Shown here one piece after another: positions 32,981 to 44,381 of a DNA stretch of 44,381 nt. Positions within the stretch are counted from its first letter, which is position 1, and the number at the start of each line of letters is the position of its first letter. The stretch covers positions 49,182,291 to 49,226,671 of the forward strand of contig NC_068996.1 in assembly GCF_001194135.2 (NCBI RefSeq). The letters are read 5' to 3'. Both the position numbers and the translations under genes were made by a program. Under the pieces are notes generated by a model. That model was not told the DNA's origin. It worked only from the letters and a program-made list of their open reading frames with translations, and made no database searches. The DNA comes from Octopus bimaculoides. Its lineage: Eukaryota.

Positions 32981-33532
32981 AAACAACAACAACATCAACA
33001 ATAATAATAATAAAATCATCATCATCAGCAGCAGCAGCAGCAGCAGGCACTTCCCTATCTGGCCAAGCCCTCATCAATTTATTCTAATATCATTTAAAGA
33101 AGGAAGGTGAGGGTAGAGAGGGAGGTGTTGCCTTCTGGTGTGTTTATCAAAAGATGGCCGACAGTTGCAAGACTGGTGAGACCAAATGGTGAGACCAATT
33201 CTGAATATGCTTTTCTAAGTAGGAGGAAAGAAACTGAAAGAGAGCATTTTCCTATGTCTTGAGGATGGCATAGTAATCTGGGATTTTTGTGTGAGGTTTA
33301 CCCCAGATTACCCTACGTGGACTGCCTCATTATTGGGGATTCTATTTATTCCTATATTTATTTCCCTAATTTCTATTAAATATCCTCTGTTATATCCCTT
33401 AATGTGGTAGTATCTCCCTTTGATTGATGTGAACCCCACCTGTTTTTGTATTTTTCTAATGGTTTTCGTATGCTGTAGCTCATCCTTCAATATTGTCCTC
33501 CATGTTTTGGGCCCTTGTGGCCAATAAAAGAA

Positions 33533-33564
<32 letters not shown>

Positions 33565-33570
33565 TGAGTT

Positions 33571-33760
33571 AAGGCAACATGATGGCAGAATTGTTAGCAT
33601 GCCCTGCAAAATGCTTAGCAGCATTTTGTCTGCTTTTATGTTCTGAGTTGAAATTCCACTGCAATATTTCTTCCATGTCTTCAATCTGGGGTAAATAAGA
33701 CAAACTGCTAGGCAAATAAGGGGGTTTGATGGTAGTGACTTCCCCGGCATGCTCACTTTT
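33571..33760 (+). mobile_element. Diverged family D SINE
   Basis: AAGGC..ATGGCAGAATTGTTAGCATGCC...TTCTGAGTTGAAATTCC head. Confidence 0.7.
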
Positions 33761-34496
33761 CTGCCAGCTCGCAGCCTCATTTTTATTATAATACATGNNN
33801 NNNNNNNNNNNNNNNNNNNNNNNNNNNNNNNNNNNNNNNNNNNNNNNNNNNNNNNNNNNNNNNNNNNNNNNNNNNNNNNNNNNNNNNNNNNNNNNNNNNN
33901 NNNNNNNNNNNNNNNNNNNNNNNNNNNNNNNNNNNNNNNNNNNNNNNNNNNNNNNNNNNNNNNNNNNNNNNNNNNNNNNNNNNNNNNNNNNNNNNNNNNN
34001 NNNNNNNNNNNNNNNNNNNNNNNNNNNNNNNNNNNNNNNNGGGGATGGGGAGGGGAGGAGGAGGATTATGATCATTATCATCATCATGACATCAATGACA
34101 AAATGACGGTGATGATGGTGATGATGATGAAATAAAAACCGTTCTTTTCCTTGCGGATAATATTATTATCACACCACCGCATCAACCACATCAGGCAACT
34201 CTATACTATTTTCTACCATCAGAGACACTCTATACAGTCCCAGAAATACCTTACAATACCACAAAAATACGATTCTTCTCTCTACAGACACATACTATAC
34301 TACCAAATATATAAAAAAAAAAAAGAAAAAGAAAATACTAACTACATTTTATACTGATACGGATATAATATATTGACTGGGAGCAAATGGTTTCTGGATG
34401 TGTTAGGCGAGCCATACATCCCTACTAAAGATGGTACACTCATCAGAAACGTTAAACTCGTTTCTTTTTTTTTTCAGATAACATAAATATGGTGCA

Positions 34497-34957
34497 AACT
34501 GTGGCTGTGTGGTTAAGAAGTTCACTTTCAAACAAACCAACTATCAGCTTTCAGGTTCAGTCTCACTACATAGCACCTTACTCTTACTCTTTTACTTGTT
34601 TCAGTCATTTGACTGCGCCCATGCTGGGGCACCGCCTTTAGTCGAGCAAGTTTACCCCAGGACTTATTCTTTGTAAGCCTACTACTTATTTTATCGGTCT
34701 CTTTTGCCGAACCGCTAAGTGACGGAGACGTAAACACACCAGCATCGGTTGTCAAGCGATGTTGCAGGGACAAACACAGACACACAAACATATACACACA
34801 CACACATACATATATGTCTGCCAAATCCACTCACAAGGCTTTGGTCGGCCTGAGGCTATGATAGATGACACTTGACCAAGATGCCACGCAGTGGGAATGA
34901 ACCCGGAAACATATGGTTGGTAAGCAAGCTTCTTACCACACAGCCACTCCTGCGCCT
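34497..34957. mobile_element. Family A head (plus, 34497-34580) abutting a full family A copy (minus, 34581-34957)
   Basis: GTGGCTGTGTGGTTAAG head, then the reverse-complemented complete element ending CAGCCACTCCTGCGCCT. Confidence 0.85.
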
Positions 34958-35988
34958 ACATGTATACTTTTTTTCTCCTTTTTTCTGGGTCATCCANNNN
35001 NNNNNNNNNNNNNNNNNNNNNNNNNNNNNNNNNNNNNNNNNNNNNNNNNNNNNNNNNNNNNNNNNNNNNNNNNNNNNNNNNNNNNNNNNNNNNNNNNNNN
35101 NNNNNNNNNNNNNNNNNNNNNNNNNNNNNNNNNNNNNNNNNNNNNNNNNNNNNNNNNNNNNNNNNNNNNNNNNNNNNNNNNNNNNNNNNNNNNNNNNNNN
35201 NNNNNNNNNNNNNNNNNNNNNNNNNNNNNNNNNNNNNNNNNNNNNNNNNNNNNNNNNNNNNNNNNNNNNNNNNNNNNNNNNNNNNNNNNNNNNNNNNNNN
35301 NNNNNNNNNNNNNNNNNNNNNNNNNNNNNNNNNNNNNNNNNNNNNNNNNNNNNNNNNNNNNNNNNNNNNNNNNNNNNNNNNNNNNNNNNNNNNNNNNNNN
35401 NNNNNNNNNNNNNNNNNNNNNNNNNNNNNNNNNNNNNNNNNNNNNNNNNNNNNNNNNNNNNNNNNNNNNNNNNNNNNNNNNNNNNNNNNNNNNNNNNNNN
35501 NNNNNNNNNNNNNNNNNNNNNNNNNNNNNNNNNNNNNNNNNNNNNNNNNNNNNNNNNNNNNNNNNNNNNNNNNNNNNNNNNNNNNNNNNNNNNNNNNNNN
35601 NNNNNNNNNNNNNNNNNNNNNNNNNNNNNNNNNNNNNNNNNNNNNNNNNNNNNNNNNNNNNNNNNNNNNNNNNNNNNNNNNNNNNNNNNNNNNNNNNNNN
35701 NNNNNNNNNNNNNNNNNNNNNNNNNNNNNNNNNNNNNNNNNNNNNNNNNNNNNNNNNNNNNNNNNNNNNNNNNNNNNNNNNNNNNNNNNNNNNNNNNNNN
35801 NNNNNNNNNNNNNNNNNNNNNNNNNNNNNNNNNNNNNNNNNNNNNNNNNNNNNNNNNNNNNNNNNNNNNNNNNNNNNNNNNNNNNNNNNNNNNNNNNNNN
35901 NNNNNNNNNNNNNNNNNNNNNNNNNNNNNNNNNNNNNNNNNNNNNNNNNNNNNNNNNNNNNNNNNNNNNNNNNNTATGTATATGTTGT

Positions 35989-36581
35989 TGCCAGTGGCAT
36001 GTAAATAGCGCCTATGAATCATAGTCATGGTCATCGCCTGTGTCATGTAAATGACGCCCATACTGGAGTGGTTGGCATTAGGAAGGGCATCCAGCCATAG
36101 AAACCATACTAAATCTGCCTGGAACCTGGTGCAGTTCTCTGGCTTACCAGTTTCCAGTCAAACTCATGCCAGCATGGAAAACAGGCATTAAATGATGATG
36201 ATGACACATACACACACACACATACACACACACACATACACACACACACATATNNNNNNNNNNNNNNNNNNNNNNNNNNNNNNNNNNNNNNNNNNNNNNN
36301 NNNNNNNNNNNNNNNNNNNNNNNNNNNNNNNNNNNNNNNNNNNNNNNNNNNNNTAAGGCTTGAAGCAAATTCAATGAAGTTATTGAATTAAATTATATAA
36401 AATGTAAATTATCATCATCATCATCATTGTCTAACATCCGTTTTCCATGCTAGCATGGGTCGGACAGTTTGACTGGTGTCTTGGAAGCCAGGAGGCTGCA
36501 TCAGGATCCAGTCTGATCTAGCAGTGTTTCTACAACTGGATGCCCTTCCTAACGCCAATCACTTTATGAGTGTAGTGGGTG
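35989..36581. mobile_element. Tail-to-tail family B copies (plus 35989-36203, minus 36411-36581)
   Basis: GGTTGGCATTAGGAAGGGCATCC..GAT tail; CAT tail..GGATGCCCTTCCTAACGCC. Confidence 0.8.
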
Positions 36582-37579
36582 AGTCCAGGGTCTTTGTGGA
36601 GAGTGATGCTATTTTTCATTTTATCCTTCCTTCGAAATGTAAAAAGGGAATTATTTTATCTCAATTTTAAAATGAAAAAAGTGGAGTAAAAGTATCTAGA
36701 TTAGTTTTAATATTATACTTAATGTTTTTGGTTAAACATTTATTTCCTAGTGGGTATTCACATTTCTTCTTAAAATTACATAATCTAGTTAATGTCTCAA
36801 TGGGAATATTGTAGGTTACATAACTCATAACATTATCAACAGAATTTCTCTACACATTAGCCACTCCATCAACACTTACATTACCACAATTTGTATAGTA
36901 GTTATTATAAACATCACTCAGTCCCCCAAGTATTCTAAAATGATTATACTCTTTATCATTATTATAACTATTATGACAGTTGTATTTATTACTATAATAG
37001 ATTATAACACATGGTGCCTTGTGGGAGATAATCACTTTTAAATAAATCATGGCTGTGTGAGAATTTTGAGTTTGAAGCGTNNNNNNNNNNNNNNNNNNNN
37101 NNNNNNNNNNNNNNNNNNNNNNNNNNNNNNNNNNNNNNNNNNNNNNNNNNNNNNNNNNNNNNNNNNNNNNNNNNNNNNNNNNNNNNNNNNNNNNNNNNNN
37201 NNNNNNNNNNNNNNNNNNNNNNNNNNNNNNNNNNNNNNNNNNNNNNNNNNNNNNNNNNNNNNNNNNNNNNNNNNNNNNNNNNNNNNNNNNNNNNNNNNNN
37301 NNNNNNNNNNNNNNNNAGAGGAAGATTTGTATTATGGAATAAAAGGCAATCTCAAGTAGGTTGCTATGAAAAAGGGTTAATGTCCTTTTTCTAATCATTA
37401 CAAAGATCCTAAATATTATTTTTAATGATTATAATTGAAGAAGAATCATAAATAAATGCAATGTGCACAAGATACACATGCAAGCAGAAACTCATATTAA
37501 AGTATTGGATAGCAAATGTTAATGTATATTTTCAATACATGTTTTAAATATCCAAATACACACATAGAATGATACATGT

Positions 37580-37902
37580 GGAACTCTGTTGGTTATGACA
37601 ATGAGTGTTCCAGTTGATCCGATCAATGGAACAGCCTGCACATGAAATTAATGTGCAAGTGGCTGAGCACTCCACAGACACGTGTACCCTTAAAATAGTT
37701 CTCAGGAAGACTGAGTGTGTCACAGAGTGTGACAAGACTGGCCCTTTGAAATACAGGTACAACTCATGTTTGCCAGCTGAGTGGACTGGAGCAACAGGAA
37801 ATAAAGTGTCTTGCTGAAGGACACAACATATTGCTGGGAATTGAACTCAAGACTTTACGGTCATAAGCCGAGTACCCTAACCAGTAAGCCCTACACTTTC
37901 AC
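37580..37902 (-). mobile_element. SINE family C
   Basis: Collinear with 7525-8097 minus the family D insert. Confidence 0.85.
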
Positions 37903-39860
37903 AATGATACATGTATGTATGGTCTAAATACATATATGAATGCCTAATTTATCATTATACCTTTATATGTACATTTAGGGTCAAAGCTGGCATGATGAGG
38001 GCACTGTTGTACTCTGTCTCTGAATGCAGGAGTCAATGTTTCTTCTGACAGTGAAGCAGCTTCAACCATAACTCTAGAGTTGTCTGGGACCACTCACTGA
38101 TTCAGACGATGAAACTCTCAGAGAATCATCCTTTACCCTATTTCTGACCACCAGCCGAATATACGTGTGGAGACAGCCAAAAGAAGCGTTTGACCCAAAC
38201 TGCCTTCTTCCAACAAGCTATCCAGTCTGGGAATCAAAACCAAAACCTTACTCTTTGAATATACTACACCCTAATTAATTAATAGGTCATGTCTGTAATA
38301 CAATGATGATGATGATGATAATGATGGTATACACTGAAAGCTTTCATTAGAGAGAAGGTACAAATAAGAAAAACAAAGTGACCAATGGAAATAGTGATCC
38401 AGAACTGGACGATGCTAAGAGATTGTAGGAGAGGAAGAAAAAGGAAGAGGGAGAAGTGGGAGAGACATACACACACACACACACACACAGAGTCATGCAT
38501 GCATGCACACACACACCTGTTTCTCTCTCTCTTTCTCTCACATGTATGAGTATGAGTTTTTGTATGTGTGTGTTTGTGTGAGCATGTGTGTATGTGTGTG
38601 TGTGCATACATGTGTACTTATGGGTATGTGCTCATATATGAGTGTGTGTAAATGCGTGTCTTTATGTCTATGAATTTGTGTCTGTGAATTTGTATGTGTA
38701 TATGCGTGTGTGTGTGTGTGCATGTGTATTTATGAATGTGTGTGTGTGACTGTACCTGTAAATGCGTGAGTGTGCATCTTTATATCTCATGCACTCTTTC
38801 CAACTACAACCATGAATATTCTGATTAAGGTTTGATGGAGAGAGAAAAAGGAAGCAATATATATATATATATATATATATANNNNNNNNNNNNNNNNNNN
38901 NNNNNNNNNNNNNNNNNNNNNNNNNNNNNNNNNNNNNNNNNNNNNNNNNNNNNNNNNNNNNNNNNNNNNNNNNNNNNNNNNNNNNNNNNNNNNNNNNNNN
39001 NNNNNNNNNNNNNNNNNNNNNNNNNNNNNNNNNNNNNNNNNNNNNNNNNNNNNNNNNNNNNNNNNNNNNNNNNNNNNNNNNNNNNNNNNNNNNNNNNNNN
39101 NNNNNNNNNNNNNNNNNNNNNNNNNNNNNNNNNNNNNNNNNNNNNNNNNNNNNNNNNNNNNNNNNNNNNNNNNNNNNNNNNNNNNNNNNNNNNNNNNNNN
39201 NNNNNNNNNNNNNNNNNNNNNNNNNNNNNNNNNNNNNNNNNNNNNNNNNNNNNNNNNNNNNNNNNNNNNNNNNNNNNNNNNNNNNNNNNNNNNNNNNNNN
39301 NNNNNNNNNNNNNNNNNNNNNNNNNNNNNNNNNNNNNNNNNNNNNNNNNNNNNNNNNNNNNNNNNNNNNNNNNNNNNNNNNNNNNNNNNNNNNNNNNNNN
39401 NNNNNNNNNNNNNNNNNNNNNNNNNNNNNNNNNNNNNNNNNNNNNNNNNNNNNNNNNNNNNNNNNNNNNNNNNNNNNNNNNNNNNNNNNNNNNNNNNNNN
39501 NNNNNNNNNNNNNNNNNNNNNNNNNNNNNNATATATATATATATATAATTTGTCAGTTACTGGGAAGATTTGTAATATATATCAATGACTTTTAAACCAA
39601 CCGAGTTTCTACAGCAGCACAAAAACTATATACATGCATACTTTAAGTATATATGTAACCCTGTCTATATGTGCGTGTGCGTGTGGTGATTGCTTCTCTT
39701 TGTATACATTGTTGATATGTGTCTGGAGTACAATTTCTTGGTCTTTGAAGACATACAAAAATATACTGTTAACTGTCACAAAAAATTGTGTGCGTGTGTA
39801 TGTGTTTGTGTGTGTTTGTGCATGTTTGTGTGTGAATATGAGTGTGAATGTACTGCTGTA

Positions 39861-40050
39861 TCATCATCACCATCCTCATCATTTAACATCTGTTTTCTCT
39901 TTGTAGTCATGGGTTCAACAGGATACAATGTAGATTTCTATGGTTGGATGCCCTTCACAACGCCAATTACTTTACAGAGAATATTGGACGTCAGGTCTCC
40001 TGCAGCACTGCAATATAACTAATCAACACGGTCCTTTGTCATCTTCTCCT
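39861..40050 (-). mobile_element. Diverged family B-like RTE 3' end
   Basis: CATCAT..TTTAACATC..GGATGCCCTTC..AACGCCAA..CTTTACAGAG. Confidence 0.6.
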
Positions 40051-40299
40051 TGTGACGCAGAATCTTCATGTCAGCTTGTACTGTTTCGTCTATGTCTTCA
40101 TTGCTGAAGCTGTCTACTGCTTCTTCTGAGGTGTTTAAGAGAATCTCATTTTTGGTGTGGTTTTATTGTTTATTGTCCTATTGCATCTGCCATATGCAAA
40201 GCCTGCTTTCTATGCAAATCTGCCTCAAATTCTACCACATCTTTTGTGTGTCTATGGAGTTTTCCTTTTCTTCATATCATCTTTACCTGTTTCCATGAT

Positions 40300-40740
40300 G
40301 GTTCCAGGGTCCAATCTTATTTTCTATGTATGAACACTTTAGTCTTAGACAAGTTTACTTTGAGGCCTCTCGATTCTAGGTTTTGCTTCCATATCTGCAA
40401 TGTTTTGCACAAATTCTACCATAGGTTTCTCTATAAGAGCTAGATCATCACTTTATATGAGTAACCATTGACAGCTGGACGGGGGTCTAAGAACTAAACC
40501 ATAATAGACCTCTACCGTCATACTAAATTCTTCACAAAACACATTGCTGATTCTCCCTTTACTGACTATTCTTTTGTAGATAGCATGTACAACCCTCATT
40601 ACTACTTCATCCATGTCTCATTTCTTTAATGTCAATCAGATAACTAAGGTGGCAGCCTGCCAAAAGACCTTTTCTAAGTCAATAAGTGTTAGGTATAATA
40701 GTTTTACTTCTTTTGCATTTGGTAAGGCAAATTTACAGCT
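40300..40740 (-). mobile_element. Highly decayed RTE reverse transcriptase fragment
   Basis: Minus translation remnants IDLEKVF, LI*SDDLAL (YADD box) and NLESRGLKVNLSKTKV. Confidence 0.65.
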
Positions 40741-41243
40741 CTATCTGCCATATCATTCCACAACCTTGTAAGCTTCCATTTGGCAAGGACCTTGCACCAG
40801 TCACATATGTAATCAATAGATCTCAGGAAATCATTTTGTAAAAATTTCCATTTCTGCCGTCGCGTATGTCAACAAGAAGCTTTCTAAACTTATGACAATC
40901 TTTAAGATTCTAAGTCTTTCTTTCTTTCCCAGTTGTGTTTTTTTTATCTCTTCAACTCTGCCTGAGTCTAACTCTGAAGTCATTAATCATTAAGCTATGA
41001 TTGGTAGTTATTCATCAGGAAAGGCTTTTGGGGATCTGTATAAAATTTTGTAGTTAAAATTTATCTGCAATAAACTGGCCATACTTCTATAATGCACAAA
41101 ATATTTTAAAACTTTTTTTTTACACAGTTTTTAATAATATTTAATCATAAAGATATGTGATTGATTTCAACCTTTTAACATTCAGGTTATTCTGTCAAGC
41201 AGTATTATTATTATTATTATTATTATTTATGTATGTATTCTAT

Positions 41244-41457
41244 GGCGGTCAACTGGCAGAGTTGTTAGCACGCTGGGCGATATGCTTACCAGTATTTCTC
41301 CTGTTGCTATGTTTTCAGTTCAAGATCCACCAAGGTTGACTTTGCCTTTCAGCCTATCAGGGTGGATAAATTAAGTACCAGTTGAGTACTGAGGTCGATG
41401 TAATCGACTTAATCCCTCTCCCCCAAATTACAGGCCTTGTGCCTATAATAGAAAGGA
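41244..41457 (+). mobile_element. SINE family D (alternative tail type)
   Basis: GGCGG..CTGGCAGAGTTGTTAGCACG head; ends CAGGCCTTGTGCCTATAATAGAAAGG. Confidence 0.85.
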
Positions 41458-41707
41458 TGTTTCATTAGAACAAGAGATAATTCTTTTGGGGAATGATGCA
41501 TCTTGAAGCAAATAAAGCTATAAAGAGTAGAATGTATATTTTGAGTTGAAAATCCTTTTGGATAGAAAAAGTCAAATGCTGCTTTTGGCTTACTCTGCCC
41601 AAAATGTATTTTAACCCAATATTTATCTGCTGTTATTTATAGCTCTATCTGCTTCAAATTCCATCATTGCAATAAAAATTTATATGCCTGCATGTATATA
41701 TATGCCT

Positions 41708-42125
41708 TCATCATCATTATTTAATGTCCGTTTTCCATGCTGGCATGAGTTAGTTGGTTTGACCAGAACTGGTTAAGTCAGAGAGCTGCACCAGACTCCA
41801 GTCATATGTTTTGGCTTGGTTTCTGTAGCTGGATACCCTTCCTAATGCCAACCACTTTACACAATGTACTTGCTGCTTTTTCACATGTCACCAGCATGGG
41901 TGCCTGTTACATGTCCATGATTTACTTAGGTTGACATGTCTTTTCAAGTACAGCAAACCACGAGAAGTCTTGGTCCCTTGTCGTCTCCTCTGTGAGGCTT
42001 AACATCAGAAGATCATCTCTCACCACTTTGTCACACATCTTTGTGGGTCTACCTCTTCCACAGGTTCCCTCCAAAATTAGAGATTGGCACTTTTTTATGC
42101 ACCTGTTCTCAACCATACATATCAC
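41708..42125 (-). mobile_element. RTE LINE 3' fragment with family B UTR
   Basis: ORF ENRCIKKCQSLILEGTCGRGRPTKMCDKVVRDDLLMLSLTEETTRDQD followed by family B core and GAT tail. Confidence 0.85.
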
Positions 42126-42135
42126 ATAACTATAT

Positions 42136-42166
<31 letters not shown>

Positions 42167-42169
<3 letters not shown>

Positions 42170-43045
42170 GGTTCGATGGGTAAATTGTCACCATTTTAGA
42201 TTTTTAATTTTGCGCATGTGCATTGTTTGTTTTTGACTTTGTTGACTACACAGTATAGTAGGGTCAGTTGGGCACTGTCTGTGAAAAAAACAGCACCATG
42301 ATGTAATTCACTCTGTCAGAAATTTGGAAATGATATGCTATACTGCTTAACATTCATGCTGGAAGCTCCAGTATGTACAGATAGTGAACACACAGAACAA
42401 CTGTTGGTTTGCCATGTCCCCAAAACATGTAGCAAAAGTGATAAAAATCAAACATCCAGTCAACATCTGGTGATCACTAGTGATGGCAATGTTATGCCTC
42501 CATTTATCTCCCCACATGGCCTCACCCTCAACATGGAGGCCTACATTAGGTGCCTGGAGGAGGTAGTGCTGCCCTGGGTCAAGAGGGCGTTTGATAGAAG
42601 ACCCTATGTCTGGCAACAGGACTCTGCACCATGCCACACAGGCAAGAGAATCCAGTCATGGCTTTCAGACAATTTCTGTGACCACATCACCCATAACAGC
42701 TGGTCACCTAACTCCCCACACTGCAACACACTGGATTACTATGTGTGGGGCACAGTTGAGCGAGAAACCAACAAAACTCCTTGAAACACCAAAGATGAAC
42801 TGAAGGCAAGGATTATGACAGCATTCCCCAACTTAAATAAGGAGACCATCCAGAAGAGTGGCAGGAGATTCGGAAGTAATCTGCAGGCCGTAGTTGAAGC
42901 CAATGACGATTTTATTGAATAAATCTACTCTCTAGTATTTCAAGACATTTTAATGTAATTTTGGTAAATATATCTGTTAAAATGAGAAGTCAGTGTTATT
43001 TTCATTTTCATGTAAATTAGACGACAATATATACACTGCACCCTG
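42167..43045 (+). mobile_element. Internally deleted maT-type (DD37D) Tc1/mariner element
   Basis: YVWQQDSAPCH...WSPNSPHCNTLDYYVWG has 37 residues between the two Asp; degenerate TIRs CAAGGTTCG..AATTGTC / GACAAT..TGCACCCTG-TA; N-terminal DNA-binding region missing. Confidence 0.85.
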
Positions 43046-43216
43046 TATATACTATAAACACACATACATATACATGACTGAATTTTCATCTCATACCTGG
43101 AGTTTCATGGTATTGTTATTTTCTTGCTAGTTCCCACCTGAACGCCATAAGTTTTACATCCTTCCTTCCTTCGTTCCATCCATCCATTCACCCATCCATT
43201 CATACGTTGATACATA

Positions 43217-43412
43217 TACAAGGGAGTAAAGGAAAATACAGAAGGATCAGTTAATATTGATTTTATTCAGCATATTCCCCTCTAAGATTCACATGCTTAT
43301 TGCAGTGGTTCTTCAGTTTTTCTAAGACCTGTAAAAGAACTCAGAAGGTTGGACCTCCAACCCAACTTTTTGCAATACACTTGAAGCCAGTAAGTTTTCA
43401 GCACCCCTTCAT
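43217..43412 (-). mobile_element. Short mariner-derived MITE, copy 3
   Basis: Reverse complement of the 444-668 and 724-926 family. Confidence 0.75.
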
Positions 43413-43747
43413 ACACGATGGCTGTCGATGTGTTAAATTAGTATGACTATAGCCGACTAAATGAAGTGTATTGCAGAGTTAGATATGAGAATGGCAATGG
43501 CTCTTGAATCCTGCTTGTGATTTATGGAACTTGTTGCTGATTTGACATTTATAGAAATTCTTCTAACTTCTTAATTGTTCCTGATCATTCTGGTGATTTT
43601 TCCCTATGCATCTTCATATGCGTAGATAAACCTGAATGATTTATATATGTTTTCTGGCTGACAATGCATGGGAGGTTGGCCCAGGCAAGAAAGCCATTGT
43701 AGTTTGTAACTAGTCTTTCATGCATATATACATGCACGTATATACAC

Positions 43748-43962
43748 ACATGGCCTCACACTCAACACAGAGGTCTACATTAAGTGCCTGCAGGAGGTAG
43801 TGCTGCCCTGGGTCAAGAGAGTGGTTTCTTGAAGACCTTATGTCTGGTAACAAGACTCTGCACCAGGCCACACAAGCAGGAGAACCCAGTCATGGCTGTC
43901 AGACCATTTCTGTGACCCTAACACCCCTAACATCTGGCCACCTAACTCTCCAGACTGCAACT
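43748..43962 (+). mobile_element. Second fragment of the DD37D transposase
   Basis: Aligns to 42516-42730 (HGLTLN...VVLPWVKR...QDSAP...WPPNSPDCN). Confidence 0.85.
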
Positions 43963-44381
43963 CTACTATTTCCCACTTGTTTATCTCCCCTGTACCTTTC
44001 TCTTTGTCTCTGATTTTTTTCTAATCCTTCAATCCCACTGTCCTCTTCCCATCTCTCCTCCTTCTAGATGACCGGTGTCCGGTCAGCGATGACCATTCTT
44101 TCTTGGCCTGACTGCCAACCGCCAACACCTCTTATGTCCATCTCCCATGTTCCTGCCTTTAGGCTTTCACTTCATACACTTCAGCTCAGTTTGATTCGTT
44201 CTCAGTCGAAAGATGTCTGTTGGTATTTCTTGTTGTTGTATTTGTAGTTGTGTACCATTTTTTCCGTTTGTTTGTTTGTTTTTCTTGTTTGCCTTTGTTG
44301 CCGTGCACATTCGCTAGCTTTCTTACAAAGGGATCTAATGCTCTTAGCTTAGACTTTTTGGGGGGCAACCAGATTGAACCA

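Noticed and set aside
34856-36061. Longest ORFs in the track (336-401 aa), and similar ones at 27549-28468, 18229-18817 and 38832-39548
   Set aside because: Almost entirely X from assembly gaps.
36850-37080. About 77 open codons on the minus strand beside a gap
   Set aside because: Asn/Tyr-rich, AT-driven composition, no motif, and truncated by the gap.

Overview
Repeat-saturated eukaryotic genomic DNA with about 5 kb of N in 17 gaps, most of them bordered by microsatellites. The mix of TA/CA/GAT/AAT microsatellites and tRNA-headed SINE families resembles coleoid cephalopod (Octopus-like) DNA; this assignment is an inference, not a database result. No host protein-coding gene can be confidently called, and nearly all ORF-track entries are microsatellite translations or gap read-throughs. 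Recognisable content: decayed Tc1 (DD34E), mariner (DD34D) and maT-type (DD37D) transposases, a small mariner MITE family, a hAT/Charlie-type MITE with an 8-bp TSD, LINE fragments of RTE, Tx1/L1, R4/Dong and CR1/Jockey type, and three SINE families (labelled A, C, D here) plus many RTE 3'-end copies (labelled B). Highlights: (1) a ~440-bp palindrome whose arms each carry a Pol III B-box and a Penelope-type minimal hammerhead ribozyme, nested in the hAT MITE; (2) a hairpin with a perfect 37-bp inner stem inside a ~70%-identical outer stem; (3) a tandem array born inside a Tc1 transposase; (4) tandem R4/Dong insertions in (AAT)n; (5) a SINE whose 3' tail matches the adjacent Tx1-type LINE.
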